Assembly: GCA_950097015.1 (NCBI GenBank)
Contig: CATNEN010000038.1
Location: forward strand, 12,028,001-12,092,000
DNA length: 64,000 nucleotides
Reading direction: 5' to 3'
Source of the DNA: Macrostomum hystrix
Taxonomy: Eukaryota > Animalia > Platyhelminthes
The notes under the pieces are model-generated. The model saw only the letters and a list, made by a program, of their open reading frames with translations. It made no database searches and had not been told where the DNA came from. The translations under genes and the position numbers were made by a program. Below, piece by piece: positions 34,790-47,094 of the stretch (the first letter of the stretch is position 1; each line of letters opens with the position of its first letter).

Positions 34790-37700
34790 TTACTCAGTTT
34801 TTTCAGCGACGTCTTCGCTTCCGACCGCGTCTTTTGTGCTGGCGGCGTCGTCACTCCCCTGAGTCTCGCCCGTCACCACCATGAAGATCTTCTGCAGGGC
34901 CAAAGTCACGTGATTGTAGCGGCGCTGGAATGCGGCCGGCTTGCGCTTCCAGGCCACGCAGAGGAAGTACACAGGGGCGCCGATTGCGATGAAGCCCAGA
35001 CACTTTAGGCTCTGGTCCGGCGCCTGGTAGATCGTCATGGCAACCAGGCCAAAACACCAGATTAGCACGAATATCGGGATGGGCAGCGGTATCCTGATTG
35101 GCCGATGCAGGTTTGGCTGAGAATAGCGCAGGTACAGCAGTGACGACATTGTAAGCGTTAGGATGATGTTGAACGCGAAGCCCAGCAGGTTAATTAGGGT
35201 CCATATGTCCGCAAGGAAGAGCAAAGCCAGGGAGATTACCAGCTGCGGGTGTGCGGTGATAAGAAAACAAAAATCATAGTTCATTCTGTACCCTGAGCTA
35301 TCAGCTCGATCCTTTAATCTATTAAACGAGCATTCATTTCATATAATAGACACTGACACAAATCCATCACCAAAACATCGAATGTACGCGGTCGAACATT
35401 CGTCACCTCTTACCTCGAATGTACGCGGTGGAAAATCCGTCACCTCTACCCCAAATGTACGCGATGGAAAATCTGTCCACCTCTACCCAAATGTACGCGA
35501 TGGAAAATCCGTCCACCTCTACCCCGAATGTACGCGATGGAAAATCCGTCACCTCTACCCCAAATGTACGCGATGGAAAATCCGTCAACTCTACCCCAAA
35601 TGTACGCGATGGAAAATCCGTCCACCTCTACCCAAATGTAAGCGGTGGAAAATCCGTCCACCTCTACCCCGAATGAACGCGGTGGAAAATCCGTCCACCT
35701 CTACCCCGAATGTACGCGATGGAAAATCCGTCACCTCTCCCCTAAATGTACGCGATGGAAAATCCGTTCACCTCTACCCAAATGTACGCGATGGAAAATC
35801 CGTCCACCTCTACCCCGAATGTACGCGATGGAAAATCCGTCACCTCTACCCCGAATGAACGCGGTGGAAAATCCGTCCACCTCTACCCGAATGTACGCGA
35901 TGGAAAATCCGTCCATTTCTACCCGAATGTAAGCGGTGGAAAATCCGTCACCTCTACCCGAATGTAAGCGGTGGAAAATCCGTCCACCTCTACCCGAATG
36001 TACGCGATGGAAAATCCGTCCACCTCTACCCGAATGAACGCGGTGGAAAATCCGTCCACCTCTACCCCGAATGTACGCTGTGGAACATCCTTAACTTCTA
36101 CCCGAATGAACACTGACGAAAATCCTTAACCGCTCATCTCATCCTTAATCTCATATGTACACTGGCCGAAATTCTGTCTTCTCCACATCGAATGTACACC
36201 AGCGAATATCCGATGCATCTAGGCAGAATGTACACTGATAAAATCAGTTATATTTTCCCACAACATCATCGTCCGATTTCGTAAGAAAGAAAAAATCTTA
36301 TGCGCCCCAGCAAGATATTTAACCCAGCCTTCTCCTATGAAAGTATATTAGAAAACCCACCATGACAATCAGGGACGGGAGCGGAGTAAGCTGCTTGAAG
36401 CTGATCATGGCCAGAAACTCCGGCAGTTGTCCCTCCCGAGCGCCAACGTAGAACACGCGCGAGATGCTCATTGTGCCACCGTTGATGGCGCCGAAAACGG
36501 AGATGGCTACAAATAGTGGCATCAGAAAGGCAGCAGGACCCATTTTGTCATTAGCAAAGGTGATGGCCACGGCATTGGAAGAGATTATCTGTTCAGGCGA
36601 CAGCACCGCTGCGTAGGCGATGTTGGCTAGCAGGTAGACGGACGTCACTATGGTGATGCTGATCACTATGGCCAGCGGCAGATTGCGGTAGGGATTCTGG
36701 AGCTCCTCGATTAGGAAATTCAGATAGTTCCTGAGGAAATAGCGGTTTTAATGAGGCATTTACGGCCAGAATTTAGCTGATAATTCGAATTCCGCGGAAA
36801 GCTATCGGATTATCAGGTAGACTTTTGGATAATAGTTTAGAAGATCAGGTGACTATAAAATTATCAGGTAAAGATTATTGGTTTGACTGTCTGATTATCA
36901 GTTAAGCTAATCGGCGTCTTAGTTATACTATAGTACTTTCAGAGTGATTATTGCGCAGTCACTAGTGACAATGAGGTCGGCTTCAGGTGGGTTATCGGAT
37001 GTTTAGGTAGGGTCATCGGATGTTCAGGTGGGGCTATCGAATGTTTAGGTAGGGTTATCGAATGTTCAGGTAGGGTTATCGAATGTTTAGGTAGGGTTAT
37101 CGAATGTTCAGGTAGGGTTATCGAATGTTCAGGTAGGGTTATCGGATGTTCAGCTTGATCACTTATATCAGGAGTTGAATATTCATGTTTTCTAGCCCTC
37201 TGGTAAACGCAATATTTATTTCATAGCAGACAATCATGCTACTTGTTAGTAGGATGAAATGTACAATAGAGCATAAAAACAAAACATTTGCACTGCTTTG
37301 CTCACCAGCCTCCGTAGGCCCAAAATCCGGCGTAGAATCCGAAAGCCAAAGTTTTGCCATTGATATCCGAGCCCTCGAATGAGTCCTGAAGATTGCTGCT
37401 GTAGCCTGACGGATAAATAAGTAACGGATTAATGGATTAACGGATTAACGGACTTACAGATATCGAGTAAATTACTAACTATATAAAGGATTAGGGGACT
37501 TACGTATTGTCCGATTAACTGTTTATTGTATTAACGGACTAACGGATTAACGGACTACCAAATTACTATCCAAAGGCAACTAAATAACAAGCAAGTTAGC
37601 CTACTGTTGCTCTCACGTTTATCAAAAGTGCTTTTGCAGTAAACAGACTGTCTTATTTACGAGTATAAATCTGTACGACCACGAACTTCTGTATCTATAA

Positions 37701-39695
37701 TTAGTTTCGCACGCTGAACTAAGGGTATTGTAAGCCAGAACTCATTGCTATTAAATCTAGCCTGTTTTTGTCATACTGACAACACCGTCAGCATATCATG
37801 TTTTCTTAGATTCTTAGAAAAGCTGAATATAGAATAGCAGCAGCAAAAATCACAGCTAGAATTGCAACGAGAATCGTAGCAATAATTAAATCAAGAATAG
37901 AAGGAAGAATTTAACCAGGAATCGCAGCTAGAACCGAACAAAGAAAAGCAGCTACGCGATTCAGTTTATAAAATCAATTGTACTCGAATCGGAAATCTAA
38001 CAAAGAATCGAACCAAGAACCGCAGCAAGAATCGAATCAAGAATCGAACCCAGAATCGAACTAAGAATCGATTTAACAACCACATAAAGAATCGCACCAA
38101 GAATCGAACCAAGAATCGAACAAATAATCGAACCAAGAATCAAACCAAGAATCGATTAAAGAACCACAGAAAAAATCGCACCAAGAATTGAACCAAGAAT
38201 CGCAGCAAGAATCGCACCAAGGATTGAACCAAAATCGAACAAAGAATCGCAGCAAGAATCGCAGAAAGAATCGAACCAAGAATCGAAGCAAGAATAGAAC
38301 AAACAATCGAACCAAGAATCGAACTAAAATCGAACAAAGAATCGCAGCAAGAATCGCAGAAAGAATCGAACCAAGAATCGAAGCAAGAATAGAACAAACA
38401 ATCGAACCAAGAATCGAACTAAAAATCGATTTAAGAAGCGCAAAAGAATCGCACCAAGAATAAAGCAAGAATCGAACAAAGAATCGCAGCAAGAATCGAA
38501 ACAAGAATCGAACTAAGAATCGATTTAACAGCCCCATAAAGAATCGCACCAAGAATCGAACCAAGAATCGAACAAATAATCGAACCAAGAATCAAACCAA
38601 GAATCGATTAAAGAACCACAGAAAGAATCGCACCAAGAATCGAACCAAAATCGAACAAAGAATCGCAGCAAGAATCGCAGAAAGAATCGCACCAAGAATC
38701 GCACCAAGAATCGAACCAAGAATCGCAGCAAGAATCGCAGAAAGAATAAAACAAAGAATCGAACCAAGAATCGAACCAAGAATCGAACCAAGAATAGAAT
38801 TCAGAATCGCAGCTGGAATCGAAGCTAATAAGGCACGGGCTAGAATGGGTTTTACTATATAATTGCGCATTTGTTAATGTCTCACCATTGCCCACATGAA
38901 TGAAGCCCAGGATGATGATAATCAGCAGGGCCAGCAGTTTGCAGCCCGTGAAGATTATTTGAGTCTTGGCGGCCCACTTCACGTTGATGCAGTTGATGGC
39001 AGTCAGAAGGCCTGAGAATTATTGTTAGGTAGGTTAGTTTGAGTCTACTTGAGTTCTTCCTTATCTGACAGAAACCTAATCAGTATTTGTCGCCTAAAAG
39101 CCAGGAAACTAGATTACTGTTCTTAATAGAATTTTCAAGTACCAATTGCTTCTGACAGGAATCGGAGTTTTGCCTCGAGGCGATGAAACTGTGAGATCAC
39201 CTTTTGATTTTTCAATTTACATATCTATGTCAGCCTAGATGCTGTTTTCTTATGACAGGCACACAACTCAAAGACTATAAGGAAACACTGGAAGCGAGAA
39301 TTACGGAGGGCTTCGGGCAATGGTATTATCATTTTGTGACTGTAGATCCGCAGCCAGCGAGGAGGCAATTCTGCCCATTTCGCTGACTCGTGAGCACACA
39401 CGCACACATATACTGTACGCAGGCATACGCTCACACAGATGTGTACATCTGCCCTGACTTTCTCATCGTCAGACGACAGTGTACACTCTCACTGTGCCTT
39501 GGGGGGGTTGGACCTCAAGGGTGTAAATTGCACGAAAGCCATCAAGCCTTCTCTCCGCGGCTGCGCCCCAAATTAATGTGGCCTCGCTACGGAATCGAGC
39601 TCAGGGACCTTGGCGCGAGAGGCAAACACGTTAACCGCTCTGCCACCGAACCCCCGACTGGTAAAAGACAGGTAGAGTTACTTTTTAAAGAAAAA

Positions 39696-39728
<33 letters not shown>

Positions 39729-39741
39729 TAGACAGACAGGC

Positions 39742-39802
<61 letters not shown>

Positions 39803-39865
39803 GGCAGACAGATAGACAGACAGGCAGACAGACAGACAGACAGGCAGACAGATAGACAGACAGGC

Positions 39866-39930
<65 letters not shown>

Positions 39931-40541
39931 GGCAGACAGATAGACAGACAGGCAGACAGACAGACAGACAGACAGACAGACGGACAGACAGACAGACAGA
40001 CAGGCAGACAGGCAGACAGACAGACAGACGGACAGACGGGCGACTCACTGATGGCGCATGCGCCCAGTAGTTTCTGCGCCCAGGGGTCGGACATGCAGGC
40101 GGTGTCGGGGAAGCCGCGTAGGACGTACTCGGCGAAGATGAGGGCGCTGGCGGCCGTTGGCACGGCGCAGACCATGAAGAAGATTGTCCACAGAGTGAGG
40201 AAGCCGACCAGCGGACCGAAGGCCTCTTTAATGTAGATGTACTCGCCGCCAGATTTTGGAATCGCTACGCCCAACTCAGCGTAGCACAGAGCTCCGAGGA
40301 TGCTGAATATGCCGGAGGCGGCCCAGATGCACAGCGATGCGCCAACGGATTTCACCTGCGCGACGGCCCGTGGGATTTCTCTGGTGGGATTTGATGAAGC
40401 TGATGAAGCTGGGGGGGGGTAAATAAAAAACTGACCTCTCGAATGACGCCAACTGGCGACAAGAAAATGCCACTGCCGATGATGATGCCAACTATGACGG
40501 CCACTCCGTGAAGCAGTGTGAGGTTCTTCTTCAGAGCTACC

Positions 40542-40573
<32 letters not shown>

Positions 40574-40651
40574 ATCGTTTGTCCCTGAGCCCGCAGATGC
40601 CATTGCTTTGGGGTCGATTGCGTTTTCGAATTCGGATACAGGTTTTGTTTC
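34790..40651 (-). CDS. SLC7 L-type (LAT/y+LAT-like) amino acid transporter light chain; exons 40651-40436, 40355-40049, 39011-38886, 37405-37306, 36730-36361, 35242-34790
   Basis: [67 protein letters not shown]. All junctions are in frame. The start codon is at 40603 or in an upstream micro-exon. Confidence 0.93.
35380..36125. repeat. ~36-bp minisatellite (aatgtacgcgatggaaaatccgtccacctctaccc)
   Basis: About 20 tandem copies in an SLC7 intron. Confidence 0.95.
36980..37152. repeat. 21-bp minisatellite (atgttcaggtagggttatcga)
   Basis: About 8 tandem copies. Confidence 0.88.
37900..38825. repeat. 12-bp minisatellite (aagaatcgaacc; minus strand GGTTCGATTCTT)
   Basis: Degenerate tandem array with larger internal duplications. 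Confidence 0.9.
39305..39656 (-). mobile_element. SINE family A, full length
   Basis: TGGCAGAGCGG A-box, B-box-like ctcgattccg, shared body and 3' stem. Confidence 0.82.
39696..40038. repeat. (CAGA)n microsatellite
   Basis: Seen directly. Confidence 0.97.
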
Positions 40652-40814
40652 CTGGAAAACGGAGGCGGTAATCAAGATGGACAGAGATAATATCACATAG
40701 TAGCTAGAAATTTTTAACCTGAAAGACAGTAACTCTTTCACGTGGTCTGGGATTCTTTCTAGCTTTCGATCGCACGCTCAGAAGTTCAACACTCTTAGCA
40801 AAGTGCTACAATAT

Positions 40815-41272
40815 GAGCTATTCCTTAAACTCTACTCAGACCTGATCACTTCTCAAAATCTACCTCGGTCCGATAACACTGCTCAAACTCTACTCCTATC
40901 ATAATACAGTACTCAAACCTACTCACATCTGATCACAGTGCTCAAACTATACTCACATCTGATCACAGTGCTCAAACACTACTCACATCTGATCACAGTA
41001 CTCAAACTCTAATTAAATCTGATCACGGTACTCAAAACTCTACTCACATCTGATCACAGTACTCAAACTCTACTCACAACTGATCACAGTACTCAAACTC
41101 TACTCACAACTGATCACAGTACTCAAACTCTACTCACAACTGATCACAGTACTCAAACTCTTCTCACAACTGATCACAGTACTCAAACTCTACTCACAAC
41201 TGATCACAGTACTCAAACTCTACTCAGATCTGACCGAATTATTCAAACTCTACTCACATCTGGTCACAGCAC
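40815..41272. repeat. 30-bp minisatellite (actcacaactgatcacagtactcaaactct)
   Basis: About 15 tandem copies. Confidence 0.9.
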
Positions 41273-42651
41273 ATAAAGTCTTCCTACATCTTATTACTCT
41301 GACCGCAAATCCAAACAGTGACTAATTTCGAACTGTCAATCAACAACCAAACAACTTCTCATTCGACCATTCAAAAATTGAAAGCTCTCCTTGGTTTGAA
41401 ACAGAATATAATTAAATAAAATATCAATAAGAAAAGATTGACAGAATAAATTTTATTCGACTTGCAATGAGAAGTGCTGATTTACATGAACTACCTATTA
41501 GATTTGAAAAGACAATTTTGTCCTGCCTGTCTGAACTGCCACTCCAAGCTTGACCTGAATTGCGCACACGCACAAACAACACACATTACCTGAATGACAG
41601 GCACTCAATGTCGGGGGAGGGGGGTCAGTACTTGCCCTTACACCACAGCCAGTTTTGTGACAGCTCAAATTACTGCGTACCTTGGAAACAAGCTGCAAAT
41701 ATAATTCATTTTCGTGTACATTCGTATAGCTGCGACAATCTGAACGGAAGTTTGCTGGGGAATCCATGGACCATTTGTACACGAGTGCCCTGTGTGGCGT
41801 GTTGGCCCCATCTGTCAGTATCCCATGCAATAAGGCCCAACCCGTGTGTGTGCATGCGTATCTGTCTGTCCTGCTTGTCCCGTTTCTAAGCTTCTAAAAG
41901 TGTTTACTGCAGTTGCAAAATGACAACGCTGATTAAAGTGTTTACGAGCAAGTAATGAGATTAAAATCTAAGAAGTTGTTTGTCGGAAAAAGTAACTTCC
42001 GTTAATTTCGTAATCATGTTTCGAAGTAAATAAACTTTACAGAATCTACAGCGCGAAACTAAAAAAATGCTTTAGTTGAAATTAAAGTAAATAAACTTTT
42101 ACACAAGAAACTTCCGTTACTTTTGAAGAAAGTAAGTACCCCCAATTTCAAAAGAAAATCAAAAGCCACGTTTTTGCAATATTCGTTACTTTCTAAAACG
42201 TCTTCTCAACTCCGATCCGAATTTCTTTAAAAAAGGAAACGATATTTCCTGCTAATTTATCAAAATATTCATTTTAACACGATTCGTATTCGCTTTACCG
42301 GAAATTCTCCCAGTTCATTCGTTTCTTAATGTAGTTTAATTTTCGTCCCCCAAATAACGATCTTCTCACCCTACTGGGGAAGTGCTCAAACTAGGGAAGG
42401 CGGGGAGCATGATTCAGCAGGACTGGGCTACAATTTCCCGATCTGATTAAAAGAAAAGAATGCATAATAATCGACTACAGCTGTACACAGTTGTGTGCGT
42501 GGAGACACCTTCTGACTCCTCTCCGAGAAGGAGCTAAAAAAATTCCGTTGCATTGTGACCCGAGAGCTGGTTCTTTTAGTAATTCAATATTTTCTTCTGC
42601 GAACAAGCAGAAGGAATAATCTGGCGCACTGGAAGCAATGATACACTTTTA

Positions 42652-42691
42652 AGGGTTAGGATTAGGGTTAGGGTTAGGGTTAGGGTTACGG
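42652..42691 (+). repeat. Interstitial (TTAGGG)n telomere-type repeat, ~6 units
   Basis: agggttaggattagggttagggttagggttagggttacgg. Confidence 0.8.
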
Positions 42692-42879
42692 TTTTTAGCA
42701 GAAGGGTTGTGGGCATGTTTTTATTTTGCCCTTAGTGCTAGTGCTAGCTTAGTGTATCAAAAACTTTGGCCGCAAACTTCGATACATTCGCAAACTATTG
42801 CTACCCTAGACAGAGTCAAGCAAAAGTTTGGGAGTATTAAATTACTATCATCCATTCTGCAGCACCATGCATCTTAGGA

Positions 42880-44022
42880 TTTGATAGATTGATATACATT
42901 TTGATTTCTAGATCTACAGATAGATATAGATGGATAGATAGATAGATAGATAGATTCATTGATTCATAGAATGATAGAATGATAGATTGACAGACTGATA
43001 GACTGATAGACTGATAGATTGACAGACTGATAGACTGATAGATTGATAGATTGATAGACTGATAGATTGATAGATTGACAGATTGACAGACTGATAGACT
43101 GATAGACTGACAGATTGACAGACTGATAGACTGATAGATTGATAGATTGAAAGACTGATAGATTGATAGATTGACAGATTGACAGACTGACAGACTGATA
43201 GACTGACAGATTGACAGACTGATAGACTGATAGATTGATAGATTGATAGACTGATAGATTGATAGATTGATAGACTGACAGATTGACAGACTGATAGACT
43301 GATAGATTGATAATTGATAGACTGATAGAATGATAGATTGACAGATTGACAGACTGATAGACTGATAGATTGATAGATTGACAGATTGACAGACTGACAG
43401 ACTGATAGACTGACAGATTGACAGACTGATAGACTGATAGATTGATAGATTGATAGACTGACAGACTGACAGACTGATAGACTGACAGATTGACAGACTG
43501 ATAGACTGATAGATTGATAGATTGATAGACTGATAGATTGATATATTGACAGATTGACAGACTGATAGACTGATAGACTGACAGATTGACAGACTGATAG
43601 ACTGATAGATTGATAGATTGATAGACTGATAGATTGATAGATTGACAGATTGACAGACTGACAGACTGATAGACTGACAGATTGACAGACTGATAGACTG
43701 ATAGATTGATAGATTGATAGACTGATAGATTGATAGATTGATAGACTGACAGATTGACAGACTGATAGACTGATAGATTGATAATTGATAGACTGATAGA
43801 ATGATAGATTGATAGACTGACAGACTGACAGACTGATAGACTGACAGATTGACAGACTGATAGACTGATAGATTGATAATTGATAGACTGATAGAATGAT
43901 AGATTGACAGATTGACAGACTGATAGACTGATAGACTGATAGATTGATAATTGATAGACTGATAGAATGATAGATTGACAGATTGACAGACTGATAGATT
44001 GATAGATTGATAGATTGATAGA
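42880..44022. repeat. Compound (GATA/GACA/GATT/GACT)n microsatellite
   Basis: Seen directly; the 379-aa ORF here is a repeat artefact. Confidence 0.95.
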
Positions 44023-44560
44023 TCGAAAGCGTTTAGCCCAGCATTTAGAGTATGGATATTCTGTATTTCGAATCTTAGCCCATAGGAAAGATTCGAATCT
44101 CACAGAGAATTTATTATCCAGTGGTGTACACGTAGATCAATTTATAAATTGACAGGTAAAAAGCTGATTGATTACGAGAACAAGAAGCACTAAAAAACAG
44201 CACTGACTTACCTGACACTGACAACGGCAATAAAGTTTGTCCAGGCAACACAACAATCCGATAGCTTTGTGAGAGCAGGGCTTACAACAACAGACACGAG
44301 CTGTCCCTGGTTTAGCTCCTTACTAATAAATAGACTATTTATTAAAAGCTTACAAGAACTGTTGTGTATTCACACGCTGATTTTGCTGTTTAACAGTTCG
44401 GAATCAATTTGATTGGCTAAGAAATTATTCATTTTTAGATTTCGGCTTTTCGATATTTTAGATTTCGTGCTCGCTACTATTTGAAGTAGTGCAAGGGACA
44501 TGTTATTTACTTAATAAAAAGTAGAGAAAACTTTCGTTTGATTTTCAATTGATTGATTAA

Positions 44561-44900
44561 CAGTAGAAGTACCAAGGAGGAGGGAAATTCCTCCCCCCCC
44601 AACAATGATTCTTGCTGCACCCGAATGGAGCAACGCAAGCACACGAAACTCAAGAACACGGGCCAACTTTTCGTTGCACATCTTCTGAAACAAGAATCAA
44701 GTCGCCAGCTCTTCAGACCGTCAAGATATTCACTGATTCTGGCCGAAGGTCAGATTTTTCCAGTCACCCGAATGTGCCTGCATCATCTCCGTCTTCGGTG
44801 GTCACCTACCTTTATCTAGACCTTCAAGGACTACTACAACAGGTGGAACTAGGCCACTATATGGACACCCTGACGCGAATTTCTCCAAGTTTACTGATTA
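44561..44900 (-). mobile_element. Unclassified interspersed repeat R3, copy 3 (inverted), with a CAG-type terminus
   Basis: Reverse-complement match to 11575-11910 and 260-452; terminal GGGGRGRAATTYCCCC-like palindrome shared by the copies. Confidence 0.75.
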
Positions 44901-44959
44901 ATTCCCTTCCCTTCGGAATAAAAAGGCGTCCTACTTCTAATCTACATAAGAATATTCTG

Positions 44960-44994
44960 CCTATCAATCTATCAATCAATCTATCAATCTATCT

Positions 44995-45038
<44 letters not shown>

Positions 45039-45213
45039 ATCTATCAATCAATCTATCAATCTATCAATCAATCAATCTATCTATCTATCTATCTATCAAT
45101 CAATCTATCAATCTATCTATCAATCTATCTATCAATCTATCAATCTATCTATCTATCAATCTATCTATCAATCAATCTATCAATCTATCTATCAATCAAT
45201 CTATCAATCAATC
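44960..45213. repeat. (TCAA/TCTA)n microsatellite
   Basis: Seen directly. Confidence 0.95.
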
Positions 45214-45874
45214 TAAAACCTATCTTTCAGTCCATAACATAATATAGATATCTACTCGTATTCCGTTTTCGTTTCCAACGACAATATTTATTTACACATG
45301 TAATGAAGAAAAAAACTACTTATATATTTTAAGCATAAAGTACAAACATATTGAGAACTGGTAGTTAAAAATTCTAAATCTTTTGTTAAAACCACAATCA
45401 GAATATATAAGACAAGTTTGTTAAAAAATTATTCGAAAACACTTACCATCACTTGTATTTACTTGTAGTAATAGAGAAAATGTTATGTTTTTTACAGCCG
45501 CAGAAACTGGGTCTTAAGTATTTTTATATTATATAGTTTTCTCTCGGCATTAGCCCGAACCCGTTTTCGCAGAAAATGCAGACACGCGCCAAATGGGTCA
45601 GTCCTGCTTCGGTTTGGCATTGTGCAAATATCAATGGGCTGTTTTTTAGCGATGAACATTGTTCCTTCAACTTTGCTCAACCAACTCAAAAGTGTACTCG
45701 TCTACTCAAAACAACTAGAACAGCTTGTGGGGGAGGCTTCTGTTTGGTTGAATGTACATCAAATCAGTAAGTGACGGACTGCAGAAAAATAGCATTTTAA
45801 CAACCAAAGCAGAGTTTCTCACTTGACTATAAAAGAAAAAATATTTTACATGAGAACCGTTCATGTTAGATAAG

Positions 45875-46275
45875 AATCTAACCTGTTTTCTATCGAAACT
45901 CTAACCTGTCAGATATGAATCTCACCTGTTAGATATGAATCTCACCTGTTAGATATGAATCTCACCTGTTAGATATGAATCTCACCTGTTAGATATGAAT
46001 CTCACCTGTTAGATATGGATCTCACCTGTGAGATATGGATCTCCCCTGTTAGATATGAATCTCACCTGTTAGATATGAATCTCACCTGTTAGATATGGAT
46101 CTCACCTGTGAGATATGGATCTCACCTGTTAGATATGAATCTCACCTGTTGGATATGAATCTCACCTGTTAGATATTAATCTCACCTGTTAGATACGAGT
46201 CTGACCTGTTCTGCATTAAAACTCTAGCCTGTTAGATATGAGTCTCATGTGTTCTAATGAATTTCTAACCTGTTT
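45875..46275. repeat. 20-bp minisatellite (ctcacctgttagatatgaat)
   Basis: About 16 near-perfect copies; reverse complement of the 14620 and 15120 array core. Confidence 0.93.
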
Positions 46276-46687
46276 GATATAAACTGTCAAGTAGCTTTTC
46301 TATGAAAGGCAAATACCTTAGATACTTCTTAGACAATCGACCTAGATTTTTGAAAGAACAAATTTTTACGCTTTTGTTCACTCACTTCCATTGATTTTTC
46401 CAACGACAAAATCGTACACTTACACTCTACACTCTACACTACAGACCAGTTTTGACCAGATTGAAACGAATAAATTTATACGATCATTTACAGGCCAGAT
46501 TTAATATAATTTAGCGAGTCACTCCACTTGTATCCAAATGAATTAGGATATTTCTTGTCGAATTGATTATTTAACAATTAATACGATTTAATTACTAAGG
46601 GAGACTAAGAAAGAGAGAGAAGGAAAACAAAAATACTGAGGTAGAAGGTGTACGGGAGAGAATGGGAGAGAAACTCTATGTATGAGA

Positions 46688-46781
46688 CAGGGGTAGAATG
46701 GTCTAGAGGTAGAATGGTCTAGGGGTAGAATGGTCTAGGGGTAGAATGGTCTAGGGGTAGAATTTTCTAGGGGTAGAATGG
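46688..46781. repeat. 16-bp minisatellite (ctaggggtagaatggt), interrupted by the LTR element and resuming at 53546
   Basis: Same unit on both sides of the TSD. Confidence 0.85.
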
Positions 46782-47035
46782 TGTCGGATTCCCGAATCCT
46801 CCATATGCTATTACAAAGTACGCAATCTTTATATATTCATATATATTCATTTGCATTAGTCTGCCCCAATTCTCGTTCACTACGTTTGAACCATAGACAA
46901 ACTCCAAGCTTCCACTGTACTCTATAACTCGTATTATCAATAAAGCAAGCGCGGGGCTTTGCCCCAAAAGAGAAACTTTCTACCTTACCACAGCAGCAGC
47001 AGCATATCCGTTTATATTATTGTCACTGCCTGACA
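46782..47035 (+). repeat. 5' LTR
   Basis: TG...CA ends, TATAA-like motif and AATAAA; matches 53292-53545. Confidence 0.95.
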
Positions 47036-47038
47036 ATT

Positions 47039-47057
47039 TGGTAGCAGAGCGTGGTTT
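47039..47057 (+). other. Primer-binding site complementary to the initiator tRNA-Met 3' end
   Basis: TGGTAGCAGAGCGTGGTTT, 3 nt after the LTR; animal tRNA-iMet ends ...CUCUGCUACCA. Confidence 0.88.
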
Positions 47058-47094
47058 ACAAGCCTGCCTACGTGCCCGCCTGTGATCCACAAAC

